DNA from: Felis catus
Lineage: Eukaryota
Length of the DNA stretch: 64,000 bases
Assembly: GCF_018350175.1 (NCBI RefSeq)
Contig: NC_058368.1
Coordinates: 67,644,001 to 67,708,000, forward strand
Direction of reading: 5' to 3'
Shown here: positions 12,777-26,149 of the stretch, piece by piece
Layout: each line of letters opens with the position of its first letter
Numbering within the stretch: position 1 is the stretch's first letter
Translations under genes and position numbers: made by a program
Notes under the pieces: model-generated
Told to the model about the DNA's origin: nothing
The model's database searches: none
The model's input: the letters and a program-made list of their open reading frames with translations, nothing else

Positions 12777-14730
12777 ATTTTACGATGCTTACTGGTCACT
12801 CTTTCTGGACAACTTTAATATTCTCCACAGTTTTTGTATCTACCATCTTTGTTATCCCAACCTAGTCTCCAAGGAAAACCATCGAGAGAAAAACCTGATC
12901 GAGTTACAGTACCCTGGAAAGAGCATGAGGTTTTGAATCCTGCTTTTTGCCAGCTGTATCCCTATCTTTGAGTGACACTAGTGTCATTTTCCCATCTAAA
13001 AGAGAGAATGGTGATAATCACTGTATAAGGTATTAAGGTTAAATTAACTCACTACTGGGCATACAGCTGTCCTCTATAAGCATTAGTTTCTTCCTTGCTC
13101 TTTTCAAATCCTGAATTTTGGCTACCAATGGGAAAAAAAAAAAAGGTTCTTTAAATATGGTAGGTCTATTTATTAAGAAAATGCCTTATATCTATAGATT
13201 GTGAAACAAAGTAATTTCTCATGCTTCTCTTTGAAACAGGTACTATCTTTAGGTTGGCTTAGAGCCCTTCACTGGCTTCTCCAGCCCTGAAGACAAAAGG
13301 CAAAAATCCGAAACTGGGTCGCGCAAGCTGACCCTTCTCACGTGTGTGGCCTCAGCTTCTTCTGGCTTCTCACTCCACAGCCCGGCCAAAGGAGTCCACT
13401 GTCATTTTCTCCAAATACCCCATTGCTTGCAGAACCTCTACTGTCCACTTTGCCTGATTCGTCCTTTAAGTGTTAGCTGAAATTATCACTTCCTTGAAGA
13501 AGTCTGACATTTCTACTTGTCCCTATGTTCCACCAAGAACTAGTTTAAATCTCTGGAATTATAACTTCCCAGAGCACTGCACTTTATCTTTTATAATTCA
13601 CACTGTCATTATATATTTGGTATCAGTGATCCGACTAGACCACTTATTTCTATCTCTACCATTATACCCCCAATATCGACCAGCTTCTGTAGCATGCAGG
13701 CACTCAGATATTTACTGAATTGAATTTTAATATTGAATTAATTTGCAATACTGAATTCTAATGCTGCGTGCATTACAAATACGTATTTATCAAGAGCCCC
13801 GAAGGATTGTGAGTCAGATAACTTCAGATACACAAAGAAGCCCCACACAAGCAGGGATATCAAGACGCCTTTGTTCCGTCTGTCTCTTTGGCAGGTATAC
13901 TGTGGTGACACCACTCAAGCAGAACAGGTTGGTTATCAAAATGCTTAATATCCACTTGGCACCAGCTTGTCTGGTCAAATCTGTGGCTGAGGTGATTGTT
14001 TAAAGGAAAAGATGAGTCGGTGGCTCTAGGGCACAGGTGTGAAACACCATTTATGGAGCTCCAAATTTGCTCAATCCTACCTGCCTTCCTCCCTGGTCAC
14101 TGCTACAGCCTCCTGCTGTCTAACCTCGCTGGGGAGGAGAGCCAGGCTCGGCCTGGGCCATGACTGAACCACTGCCGGCCTGATCCATGGAGGCTCCAGC
14201 TCCTCCCACTACTTCCAGGACCTGAAGGTCACGGTGCATGGTATCAGGCCTCAACAAGCCAAAATGCAATGAGACAGGAGATGGGAAAGAAGCTAATTCC
14301 TCACTCCCAATCTTTTCTTAAACAGGCAATTCTGAAGTACTAGTGGCACAGGACCTTGCTCTAGATTTAGGACATAATTTCAGTAATAGGATATTTTCCT
14401 TCCTTCTCCTCTCTCCTGAATCACTTCCTTTCATGCTCCACACTGGTTTTATTCTACATGTTCTGATTTCTTTTGGAGAATTCGTTTATTTTGGGCTAAA
14501 AATGCCAGAAAACCTAAATATCCTCAAGCGTTTTCTTTTCCTCCTTGGAGGGAATTACAGTAGTAACAACTAGTGATTTTGTATTACGTGTTGTGCAGAT
14601 CACTACCTACCAGGTGGAGGAGCCAAGGGGGCTTTATTTCTTGACCAGCCTAAAGCCTTTCTAAATTACTGGGCAAAATGTTCCTATGAAGACTTTCCCG
14701 AAATCTACCCACCATTCTTCTCCCTCTCTC

Positions 14731-14930
14731 AAAAAAAATTTTTTTTAATGTTTATTCATTTTTGAGACACAGGGGTTGTGTGGAGAGAGAGAGGGATACA
14801 GAATCTGAAGCAGGCTCCAGCCTCTGGGCTGTCAGCACAGAGCCCGATGCGGGGCTCGAACTCACGGACTGCGAGATCATGACCTGAGCTGAAGTCAGAC
14901 GCTTAACCGACTGAGTCACCCAGGCATCCC
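14731..14930 (-). mobile_element. Can-SINE (SINEC_Fc-like)
   Basis: Antisense body; TSD ttctccctctct. Confidence 0.93.
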
Positions 14931-15932
14931 TTTTTCTCCCTCTCTTAAACCCACTTTCACTGTTCCTGAGCACAGATGAAGTTGTGTCCCCCTGAAGCAC
15001 ACAGGCCAGGAGCTAACAACCACTCTACTCTATGTACAGTACTTAGCCTACAGATACTTCATTATCATTTTTCCCAAGGATCTAACTAAATAAAGAGAAA
15101 AGCCTCATTTGAACTACTATGTTTCTCAGTCATTCCTATACTTTCCTACTCTTTCCAAATTGGTAAGAAAAGATGATAAACATTTAATTAACTGAAGTTC
15201 AATGAAAGTTTATTCAATTGAATTAAAATAGAATATCTGAACTAAAGTATTGTGTTTACTCAGTTTACCTTATTAATTTTTAAAGTAGTTTTATGCTTCT
15301 CTTTAAATGTAAAATAATTTCAGATTGAGTTTTCTTCTGTTTGACCCTTGACTAATTTATGGATCAGTGGCCATGATAAACACAATACTTTGTAATTTTG
15401 CCCTACAGCATTTTTCAAGAATTGTTTTTGACCTAAACAGATAATACCCTGCATTCTATAATTTCAAATTTCCTTTCTGACAAATAGAAGTCCTTTAAAC
15501 TCTTTTTGTTTTCATTCTTCTGGGGAAATGTGTCATGTTCCTTTCAGTTCCTTTCTGGAGGGTAGAAGTCCTCAGCTGCTCAGCCCAATCCCAAGGAACT
15601 TCCCTGCTAACGGACAGACCTACTCATGAAAGACCGTTCCCAACAATGTGACAAGTATAGGACGAAAGTTCAGAAACTTCAGTTTTCACATCTGAACAGA
15701 TGTTGCCAAGGTCTCTCCCAATTCTGTGTTCTAAGACACTTGTGAGTACTCCACCAAAATAATAACAGAATTCTGCCCATGACAAATACAAGACTTTCTG
15801 AAGTCTTGCACAAACACATGTATTTGACTTACCTTTAAAGTAATTATTTGCATTTTGGCAAATACAAAACTTAGGATACCATTTGCCTTTATACAAGTCA
15901 TAGTTAGTTTGTATTAGTAATTCAATACTTAC

Positions 15933-16024
15933 CTAAAAGGATCATAAGCACTCATATCCACACGAAGTCCATTTATGAACAGACAAGCATCACCTGGCTG
16001 AATTTCAAATCTAGCATGAAGACC
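15933..16024 (-). CDS. UGGT2: UGGT2 coding exon (~exon 11, 92 nt): GLHARFEIQPGDACLFINGLRVDMSAYDPF(R)
   Basis: Acceptor ctatttcaag, donor gtaagt; QPGDxxLFINGL motif. Confidence 0.95.
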
Positions 16025-16080
16025 CTTGAAATAGAGCAGGGGAATGGTTAACCAAGTCATGTACCAACAGTGATCTATGC

Positions 16081-16297
16081 CAGGAGTCAGCAAACTTTCT
16101 GAGGGTCATATAGTAAGTAGTTTAGGCTTTGCTGGCCACATCATCTCTGTCACAACCACTCAACTCTGTCCTTATAGCACGAAAGCAGCCACAGACATGT
16201 AAACAAATGGGCGTGACTATGTTCCAACAAAACCTTTATTTATAAAAACAGGTGGCAGGCCAGATTTGGCCTATTGCTGCAGCAGTTCACCCACCCA
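16081..16297 (+). mobile_element. MER58A-like hAT-Charlie DNA transposon relic
   Basis: caggagtcagcaaactttct...ttaggctttg...actcaactctg...aaagcagccacagac...ttccaacaaaacctttattt...ggccagatttggcc. Confidence 0.8.
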
Positions 16298-16387
16298 AGC
16301 TAAGTGATGGAAATCTTATGATAGGTTAGAGATACAAATACCCAAATATTTTGATTCTGCAATACAGGATATTAACGGTCCACTTCA

Positions 16388-16583
16388 GGGCGCCTGGCTC
16401 TGTCAGTTAACCATCTGACTTCAGCTCTGGTCATGATCCTCGCGGTTTGTGAGTTCAAGCCCCACATCGGGCTCTGTGCTGACAGCTCACAGCCTGAAGC
16501 CTGCTTCGGATTCCGTGTCCCATCCCCTCTCTCTCTGCACTTCCCTTGCTCTCAAAAATGAATAAACTTAAAAAAAAAATAAA
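16388..16583 (+). mobile_element. Can-SINE (SINEC_Fc-like)
   Basis: Typical body and A tail. Confidence 0.9.
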
Positions 16584-16879
16584 GTTCTAATTCTATGACA
16601 ATTACTTAATTCATTTTGTATCGTGTGTGTATGCAGTGGTAAACACACTTAGAATTTGATAGGTGCCATACACCTAACCCAGGACTCAAAACTTGGGTGT
16701 ATCTGTAAATGTTTGTTGGAGATCACTCTAAGTTCATAAAGGCTTCCATTAAAGACTTATCTCAATGTTGTTTTTTCATTCAGTAAATATCCCCTGAGCA
16801 TGCGCTCTGAGCTAGAAACCACTCCAGGCACTAGAGCAGTAACAAAAGTACAGAATGTGACCTTCTTGCCAGTGAGGGG

Positions 16880-17110
16880 GTCAAATCAACTTTAAAGCCT
16901 AGTCTTGCTACTTAGTCACGGTAAAGTTTGGATACAGTTAGGTAAAGTTTGGATACAGTTATTTGCTTCGTATGTCTCAGTTTCATCATCATCATCTGCA
17001 AAACGGGTGTACTTATTCCCATCTCACAAGTTATAGGCTGTAGATGTGATATATATCGGTGCCTACTCACATATGCGGCACTCACAAGCGAAGCTTTTAT
17101 TATTACTGTT
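16880..17110 (+). mobile_element. MIR relic containing a 21-bp tandem duplication (ggtaaagtttggatacagtta x2, 16920-16961)
   Basis: MIR-like core gtctcagtttc...catctgcaaaacggg. Confidence 0.6.
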
Positions 17111-18455
17111 AGCAGGGCAGGCAAATTCATTTAGAAGGAAAAACAATTTCAAAACAGTGCATTTCAGTGATGCTATGTGAGTGACCTAACGGAGACTTCT
17201 ATAAATTATTCTGGAAAGGCAGGTGAAGCAATTAACATGAGGAGATTCAGAGAAGGCTTGGCAGAGGTAAATTTTTCTCTATGGTGATCACTCACCACGA
17301 CAGGTTACATAAAGAGAAGGGAGAGAAGGAACTAAATTTGTAATAGGACAGAAAGTATTTCCACTTGATTTACAGAATACTAGCAAGAGGTTAAACCTGA
17401 GAAGATTCATAGGTGAAAATAGGATTTATCTTTAGCTATTTCTATGCCTTTCTATCGAAGACTTATTCTAAGAAATCTGCATTCCAACTTCATAATCTAC
17501 AGATGTCTAATGAACTCATCACTGTTTTCCCCAAAACTTGTCCTGAACCTTCACACACATGGCCTCCAGCTCTCTCCAGCACCTCATTCATTTTTAGGCA
17601 TCTCAACAGTAAGGAGACAGCATATCAAGTACACAGATCTATACTAAATTGCTAATTCCCTCAAGAATGCTGATGCCAGCCCCTGTGCCTCGAACAAAGA
17701 AGATACTCAAAAAAGGGTAATAAATTAAACTCAGTGGATTTGATTGCTAAAATACTGTCTACTGGCGACTGGCCGACAAGTTCTTTCTCATTCCCCTCAG
17801 AGGAGTGAGCCTTAAATCCTGGAAAATTACCCTGAGAATATGATTTAAGGTAGCTTTTCGCAAATCAAATGGTAACACTTCAGTTTCCGGCAATATGATG
17901 AACCAGAGATCCTGAAATTCTACTAAAAAAAATACAACATGCTGGATTAAAATATTAATAATGCCCTCTAAATAAATGGTTTAGTTCTTAAAAGTAAAGC
18001 ATCTAAGGGCAGAAAAGAAGTAGGAAGAGGAGTCAAGGATGTAAGTGAACACTGAAGGCCCTGTCCCCAAGGAAATCTCAAGCTTCCCAGGTAGCCTAAA
18101 GCTTAGGGTTTTAAGGGTGGGCCCACCCAGGGCAGGGAGGAATGTCAGATCCTTGTGCACACAAAGGAGTATTATACTCACAGTGAGCCTGGCAGAAACA
18201 GAATAGAAATTTGCCGATCTCCCCTTGGTTCTTGGCAGGGGAAGAACAAGTTTTCAGTAAGGATTCATGACCTCTTTCATTTTTAGGAGTTTGAGGCTTG
18301 ACTTCACACTATTTTTAAGGTCTAAAACACATACACAGGCCTTTTATTGGAAGTGGAATTAAGCTGGGGGTGCTCCTAGGCTTTGAGCAGAAATGAATAC
18401 AAATTCCCAGTGAGAAACAGGACCTCATTCAAAAAGAGGGGATAAGCTGAGGCTG

Positions 18456-21400
18456 AGGAGAGATCCAACTGGCAGAGAAGTAGGGAAACCTGTAGTTCCC
18501 TCGTCCCTCAAACACAGCAGTGTTGAGGCCAAAGGACTTTGAATTCCAAGAGTCCAGGCTGCAGAGTGACAAAGACGTCTCCAGGGACCCACGGGGACAA
18601 CCTGGCGGGTCATAGGTGCGTGATTGCAAACTGGGAAAGATAAAACAGGCTGTATAACGCAGGAACGGGAGGGATCCCCTTCTGCACAGAGACAAAGGGA
18701 TGAAAAAGAGAGACTAAGGAAGCGTAGGACTATATCTGGACAGGAGAAAAACCACAGAGTAGGACAGAGAAAGATCCAATCTCAAACTGTGGGGCTTCCT
18801 CTGAACTGAGGCCGGCTGCCCTGTTTGTGCACCTGGGGAGGAGGGGAGCCAGTCCTCAGCTCGGTACCTAGTTCAGAGGTGCAGTCTGCAGTGGGAGAAA
18901 GTGATCCTCTCCCTGGAGTGCTGTGGGAAGAAGGTATATAACCATTCAAAGGACAAAGGCTGCCTGTGCCCACCAGCCAGAAGTCATATCTGCCACGCGG
19001 AGCGGCTCTTCCCCGGAACTGGGGTGCACAGAGCAGAGCCCTTTAAGACATCGGGGTTTAAATCCCAGCCGTGAGCCAGGGAGATGCGAGAGTTGGGGGA
19101 GTGGGGCAAACTGCTTCGTTCACGCCCTCCTGCGGCACTGCAAGGATGGCCTGAATGAGTGGTTTGGGACACCTGGTCGGTGAAGGAGAGACTCAAGTGT
19201 CGCCATTTTTCTCCCCACCACCTCCAACATGTGGCATCAGGGAAGGGACAGCAGGTTCACAGTGGAGGTGGGGACCCGCCCACACCAAACCACGCCCCTC
19301 TGTGCCTGCTGACTCTGGATCTACTGGGGCAGGACAGATGTTAACCAGACAGCCCCTCCTCCAGACCAGTGCTGCCCCTGGTTCCAAGGCCCCCAGTGGT
19401 TTTGCATTTTCTAATTCTTGGACAATTCTTGTTTTGTGTGTGTGTGAGCGTGTGTGTATATATATAAATACACACACGTTTTTTTTTTTTTCCCCCTCTT
19501 CCTTTTCTCCTTATTTCTTCCCTTCTCTAGTCTGGTTATTCTGGTTGTTGGTTTGTTTAAGCAGACATATTGAATCTATTCTCTTTACTATTCTATATCT
19601 CCTTCAGTTTCCTCTCTGTCTGGATTAAGCCATAGAGTTTCTCTGCTCAATTTTCTTTTCTTTTTCCCTGCTCCTGTCATCTCTCTCTTTGTATGGGATA
19701 AGGCCTCTTCCATCCACACCATCACCCCGTTGTTTTGCTGTAGCTGGTGTTTTTGTTTTGTTTTTCTGTTTTTTGTTTTCTTTTCCAAGGCTACTTCAGC
19801 GAACAAATCAAAGCACACCTGGTGGAGGGTCCAAAACATCACGATGGGTAGGGAGATAAAGCAACCACAGTCACAACAACAGAGAGCAAGTAGCACACTC
19901 CAAAAAACACCTCCTGAAGGGCCAGGCCCTGGAGACTATATGACCCTTCTTTAATATAGTAGTGCAGGACACATAGCAAGCTTTTAAAACACATAAGGGA
20001 CAGGGAACTAGCCAAAATGATGAAACGGAAGAATTTTCCTCAAAAGAAATTTCAGGAAGAAATGACAACTAAAGAATTGATCAAAAGATATAAACAACAT
20101 AAGTGAACAAGAATTTAGAATCATCATAAGATTAATTGCTGGGCTTGAAAGAAACATGGAAGACAGCAGAGAATCTATTGCTGCACAGATCAAGGAAGTA
20201 AAAAATAGTCATGATGAATTTAAAAATGTTGTAAATGAGGTGCAAAATAAACTCGAGGCAGTGACAGCAAGGATTCAAGAGGCAGAGGGGAGATTAAGTG
20301 AAAGAGAAGACAAAATTATGGCAAAGATGAAGCTGAGAAAAAGAAAGATAAGAAAATTCTGGACCACGAGGGGAGAATTAGAGAACTAAGTGATAAAGTG
20401 AAACAGAACAATATCCATATCATAGGAGTTCCAGAAGAAGAAGAAGAGAGAAAGGGGCCGAAGGTGTACTTGAACAAATCGTAGGTAGGAACTTCCCCAA
20501 TCTGGGGAAGGAAACAGACATTGAAATCTAGCAGGCACAGAGAACTCCCTTCAGACGTAACTTGAATCCATCTTCTGTGTGACATGTCATAGTGAAACTG
20601 GCAAAATATGAAGATAAAGAGAACTCTGAAAGCAGCTAGGGATGGACAAATTAGACACCCACTCAAATGGGAAGAAACAGAAAATTTAAACAGACCCATA
20701 ACTAGACAAATGGGCCCTAAGGTCTACCAGGGTACCCATAAGGGTAGTAGCAGACCAATCTACTGAAATGTGGCAGGCCAGAAAGGAGTGGCAGGGAGTT
20801 TTCAACGTGCTGAAAAAGAAAAATATGCAACCAAGAATCCTTTATTCAGCAAGCCTGTCATTCAGAATAGAAGGAGAGATAAAGGCTTTCCCAGACAAAC
20901 AAAAACTGAAGGAGTTTATGACCACTAAACCAGCCCTGCAAGAAGATTCTAAGGGGGACTCTGTCAGTGGAATGTTGCAAGGACCACAAAGGACCAGAGA
21001 CATCACTATAAGCATGAAACCTACAGATAACACAATGACACTAAATCCATATCTTTCAGTAATAACACTGAATGTAAATGGACTAAATGCTCCAATCAAA
21101 AGACACAGGGTATCAGAATGGATTAAAAAAAAAAAAACAAAACAACAAGACCCATCTATTTTCTGTCTACAAGAGACTCATTTTAGACCTGAGGACACCT
21201 TCAGATTGAAAGTGAGGGGATGGAGAACCATCTATCATGCTACTGGAAGTCAAAAGAAAGCTGGAGTAGCCATTACTTATATCAGATAAACTAGATTTTA
21301 AACTAAAGGCTTTAACAAGAGATGAAGAAGGGCATTATATCATAATTATGATGTGTATCCATCAAGAAGAGCTAAAAATTATAAATGTCTATGCACTGAA

Positions 21401-24400
21401 TTCAGGAGAACCCAAATATATAAAACAATCACAAACATGAACATCTTATTGGTAAGAATGTGGTAACTGCAGGGGACTTTAATACTGCACTTATAGAAAT
21501 GGACAGATCATCCAGACAGAAAATCAATAAAGAAACAATGGCCCTGAATGATACAATGGACAAGATGGACTTGACAGATATATTCAGAACTTTTCATCCT
21601 AAAGCAGCAGAATACACATTTTACTCTAGTGCACATGGAACATTCTCCAAGATAGATCATATGCTGGGTCACAAAACAGTCCTCAATAAATATAAAAGAA
21701 TTGAGATCATACCATGCACATTTTCAGATCACAATGCTATGAAACTTGAAATCAACCACAGAAAAAAAATTAGAAAGCCTCCAAATGCATGGAGGTTAAA
21801 GAACATCCTACTAAAGAATGAATGGGTCAACCAGGCAATTAAAGAAGAAATTAGCAAATATATGGAAACAAATGAAAATGAAAACACAACAGTCCAAACC
21901 CCTTGGGATGCAGCAAAGGGAGTCCTAAGTGGAAAATACATAGCAACCCAAGCCTATCTCAAGAAACAAGAAAAATTCCAAATACAAAATCTAACAGCAC
22001 ACCTAAAGGAACTAGAAGCAGAACAACAAAGGAACCCCAGGCCAGCAGCAGAAGAGAAATAATAAAGATCAGAGCAGAAATAAACAATGTAGAATTACCC
22101 CCCCCCAAAAAAAAAAACAAAACAGTAGAACAGATCAAAGAAACTAAGAGCTGTTTTTTTTGAAAAAATAACCAAAATTGATAACCCCCTAGCCAGACTT
22201 CTCAAAAAGAAAAGAGAGAGGACCCAAATAGATAAAATCATGAATGAAAATGGAATTATTACAACCAATCCCTCAGAAATACAAGCACTTATCAGAGAAT
22301 ACTATGAAAAATTATATGCCAACAAACTGGACAACCTAGAAGAAATGGACAAATTAGACACCCACACAATACTAAAACTCAAATGGGAAGAAATAGAAAA
22401 TTTAAACAGACCCATAACTAGTGAAGAAATTGAATCAGTTATCAAAAATCTCCCAACAAATAAGAGTCCTGAGTCAGATGGCTTCCCAGGGAAGTTCTAC
22501 CAGACATTTAAAGCAGAGTTAATACCTATCCTTCTCAAGCTATTTCAGAAAAATAGAAACGGAAGGAAAACTTCCAGACTCATTCTATGAAACCAGCATT
22601 ACCTTGATTCCCAAACCAGACAGAGACCCCACAAAAAAGGAGAATTACAGGCCAACATCCCTGATGAACATGGATGCAAAAATTCTCAACAAGATACTAG
22701 CAAATTGAATTCAACAGTATATAAAAAGAATTATTCACCATGATCAAGTAGGAATCTTTCCTGAGCTGCAGGGCTGGTTCAATATTCACAAATCAATCAA
22801 TGTGATACATCACATTAATAAAAGAACGGATAAGAACCACATGATCCTGTCAATACATGCAGAAAAAGCATGTGACAAAATACAGCATCCTTTCTTCATA
22901 AAAACCCTCAAGGAAGTCGGGACAGCAGGAATATACCTAAACATCATAAAAGCCATACATGAAAAGCCCACAGCTAATATCATCCTCAATGGGGAAAAAC
23001 TGAGAGCTTTCCCCCTGAGATCAGGGACACGACAGGGAGGTCCACTCTCACCACTGTTGTTTAACATAGTGTTGGAAGTCCAGCTAGCTAGCATCAGCAA
23101 TCAGACAACAAAATGAAATAAAAGGCATCAAAACTGGCGAAGAGGTCAAACTTTTACTTTTTGCAAATGACATGATACTCTACGTGGAAAACCTGAAAGA
23201 CTCCACCAAAAGGCTACTAGAATGGATACATGAATTCAGCAAAGTCACAGGGTACAAAATCAATGTATAGAAATTGGTTACATTTCTATACATCAATAAT
23301 GAAGCAACAGAAAGAGAAATCAAGAAATTGATCCCATTTACAATTGCACCAGAAACCATAAAATACCTAGGAATAAACCTAACCAAAGATATAAAAGATT
23401 TATATGCTAAAAAACTATAGAAAACTCATGAAGGAAAATGAAGGAAACGGAACATCCCATACTCATGGACTGGAAGAATATTGTTAAAATGTCAATACTG
23501 CCAAAAGCAATCTACACATTCGATGCAATCCCAATCAAAATTGCAGGGGCATTCTTCTTAAAGCTAGAACAATCAATCCTAAAATTTGTATGGAACCACA
23601 AAAGACCCCGAATAGCCAAAGTAATACTGAAAAAGAAAACCAAAGTGGGAGGCATCACAATCCAAGACTAGTCTCTACTACAAAGCTGTAATCATCAAGA
23701 CAGTATGGTATTGGCATAAAACAGACACAAAGACCAATGGAATAGAATAGAGTACCCAAAACTGGACCCACAAAATGTACAGCCAGCTAATCTTTGACAA
23801 AGCAGGAAAGAGTATCCAATGGAAAAAAGTCTCTTTAGCAAATGGTGCTGGGAGAACTGGACAGCAACATGCAGAAGAATGAAACGAGACCACCTTCTTA
23901 CACCATACCCCAAAATTCACTCAAAATGGATGAAAGACCTAACTGTGAGACAGAAAACCATCAAAACCCTAGAGAAGTAGGCAACAACCTCTTTGACCTC
24001 AGCTGCAGCAATTTCTTGATCTACACATCTCCAAAGGCAAGGGAATTAAAAGCAAAAATGGGACCTCATCAAGATAAAAAGCTTCTGCACTGCAAAGGAA
24101 ATAATTAACAAAACTAAAAGGCAACCAACGGAATGGGAAAAGATATTTGCAAATGACATATCAGACAAAGGGTTAGTATCCAAAATCTACAAAGAACTTA
24201 CCAAACTCAACACCCAAAAAAACAAATAATCCAGTGAAAAAATGGGAAGAAGACATGAATAGACACTTCTCCAAAGAAGACATCCAGATGGCCAACAGGC
24301 ACATGAAAAGATTCTCAATGTCACTCATCATCAGGGAAATACAAATCAAAACCACACTCAGATATCACCTCACACCAGTAAGAGTGGCTAAAATGAGCAA

Positions 24401-25138
24401 ACCAGGAAACTACAGATGCTGGCAAGAATGTGGAGAACCTGGAACCCTCTTGCACTGCTGGTGGGAATGCAAACTGGTGCAGCCACTCTGGAAAATAGTG
24501 TGGAGGTTCCTCAAAAAATTAAAAATAGAACTACCCTATGACCCAGCAACAGCACTACTAGGAATTTAGCCAAAGGATACAGGAGTGCTGATTCATAGGG
24601 GCACATGTACCCTAATGTTTATAGGAGCGCTTTCAACAATAGCCAAATTATAGAAAGAGCCCAAATGTCCATTAACTGATGAATGGATAAAGATGTGGTT
24701 TATATATACAATACTGCTTGGCAATGAGAAAGAATGAAATCCTGTCATTTGCAGCAATGTCGATGAAACTGGAAGGTATTATGTTGAGTAAAATAAGTCA
24801 GTCAGAGAAGGACAGATATCATATGTTTTCATTCATGTGGATTTTGAGAAACTTAACACAAGACCATGGAAAAGGGAAAGGGAAAAAAAATAGTTACAAA
24901 CAGGGAGGGAGACAAACCACAAGAGACTCTTAAATACAGAGAACAATCTGAGGGTTGATGGGGGGGGGGGGTGGGTAGAGGGGAAAATGGGTGATGGGCA
25001 TTGAGGTGGGCACTTGTTGGGATGAGCACTGGGTGTTGTATGTAAGCAATGAACCATGGGAATCTACCCCAAAAACCAAGAGCACACTTTACACACTGTA
25101 TGTTAGCCAATTTGACAATAAATTATATTAAAAAAATA
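18456..25138 (+). mobile_element. Full-length (~6.7 kb) carnivore/felid LINE-1, inactivated by frameshifts and stops; ORF1 from ~20017, ORF2 from ~21035; antisense to UGGT2
   Basis: ORF1 peptides (TEMWQARKEW...MQPRILY), endonuclease (TLNVNGLN, CLQETH, GDFN, SDHN), RT ([13 protein letters not shown]) and C-terminal ([13 protein letters not shown]) motifs; G-rich 3'UTR and A tail; TSD aagctgaggctga (18444-18456) / aagcagaggctga (25139-25151). Confidence 0.95.
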
Positions 25139-26149
25139 AAGCAGAGGCTGAAAAAAAAAGAGGGAATACATTGTAACATATCCCTTTAACCACCAACAGA
25201 GCTGGGCCATTACCAGAAACTAAAAAAATTCCAACTGGGTGGATCCCAGAAGACTGGTAGAGCTTTATCATGGTAAATTTGCTTATAAACACATCTGGAG
25301 GGAGGCCCCCAAGCTGAAACTGCATCCATTCTGGATTTAAAATTTGAAGTCAGATATATTGTAATATAGAAGAGGTTCTCCCTCCCCTGCCCCCAGGATG
25401 AGTGATGAGAGAATATAAGATTCTAAAGAAAATGTTTTACAGAAGAACTTTTGGGAAGGATATTCTAATCTTAGGATTTTCTCAAGAATTCTAAAATTGC
25501 TGTCTCTTCTAAGTAATTAGTTCACATAATTAGAAAAGGTGTGAGCTTTTATTTGAATTAGATATAATCCTTTACTTGGATCTTGTATTTAAATACCTGC
25601 ATTTGATTATGTAATTATGAAATTGAAACAATCTGTTTTACACTGAAGTAAAAAACAACAAAACAACAAAGTTACCAGATCACCCTATCATATCTCCATT
25701 TTATTCCCCCAAACCAAAAAATGTTATGGAACACAAACAGCTCTTACAAGCAAATAAGAACAGATACACAGTAGACTGACATTTAATTTAAAACCAGGAA
25801 AAGCAGCTTCTGGTAAATCTCTGATCAAAATAACAATTCTGAACTTCGAAGGGAAATGTGCCATAGTTTGGAGTGAAATCAGTTGCCTCCTGAATAAAAT
25901 CAAACCCAAATATACTTATGTACCTTCAGCACAGTCATAATATTTCCAGAATAATCTCCGCATGAGTTCAAAGTCAAACCACATAAAAACCTCTACACAA
26001 TTCTCATGCCCATTCTGCAACCTTTCACTCTGTCTCCCAGCCTCTCTTTGTGGCCCGTAGAGGTGACCGGGGTTTTTTCCCCCCCGGTTTCTCGTTCATC
26101 CTTCCGGTGTCCCTTTATGCAAACACTAATATGTCAAGATATACATCTC

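Noticed and set aside
20017..24933. Many ORFs with endonuclease and RT motifs, here and at 48382-52389
   Set aside because: Frameshifted fragments of L1 ORF1/ORF2, not host genes or an active element.
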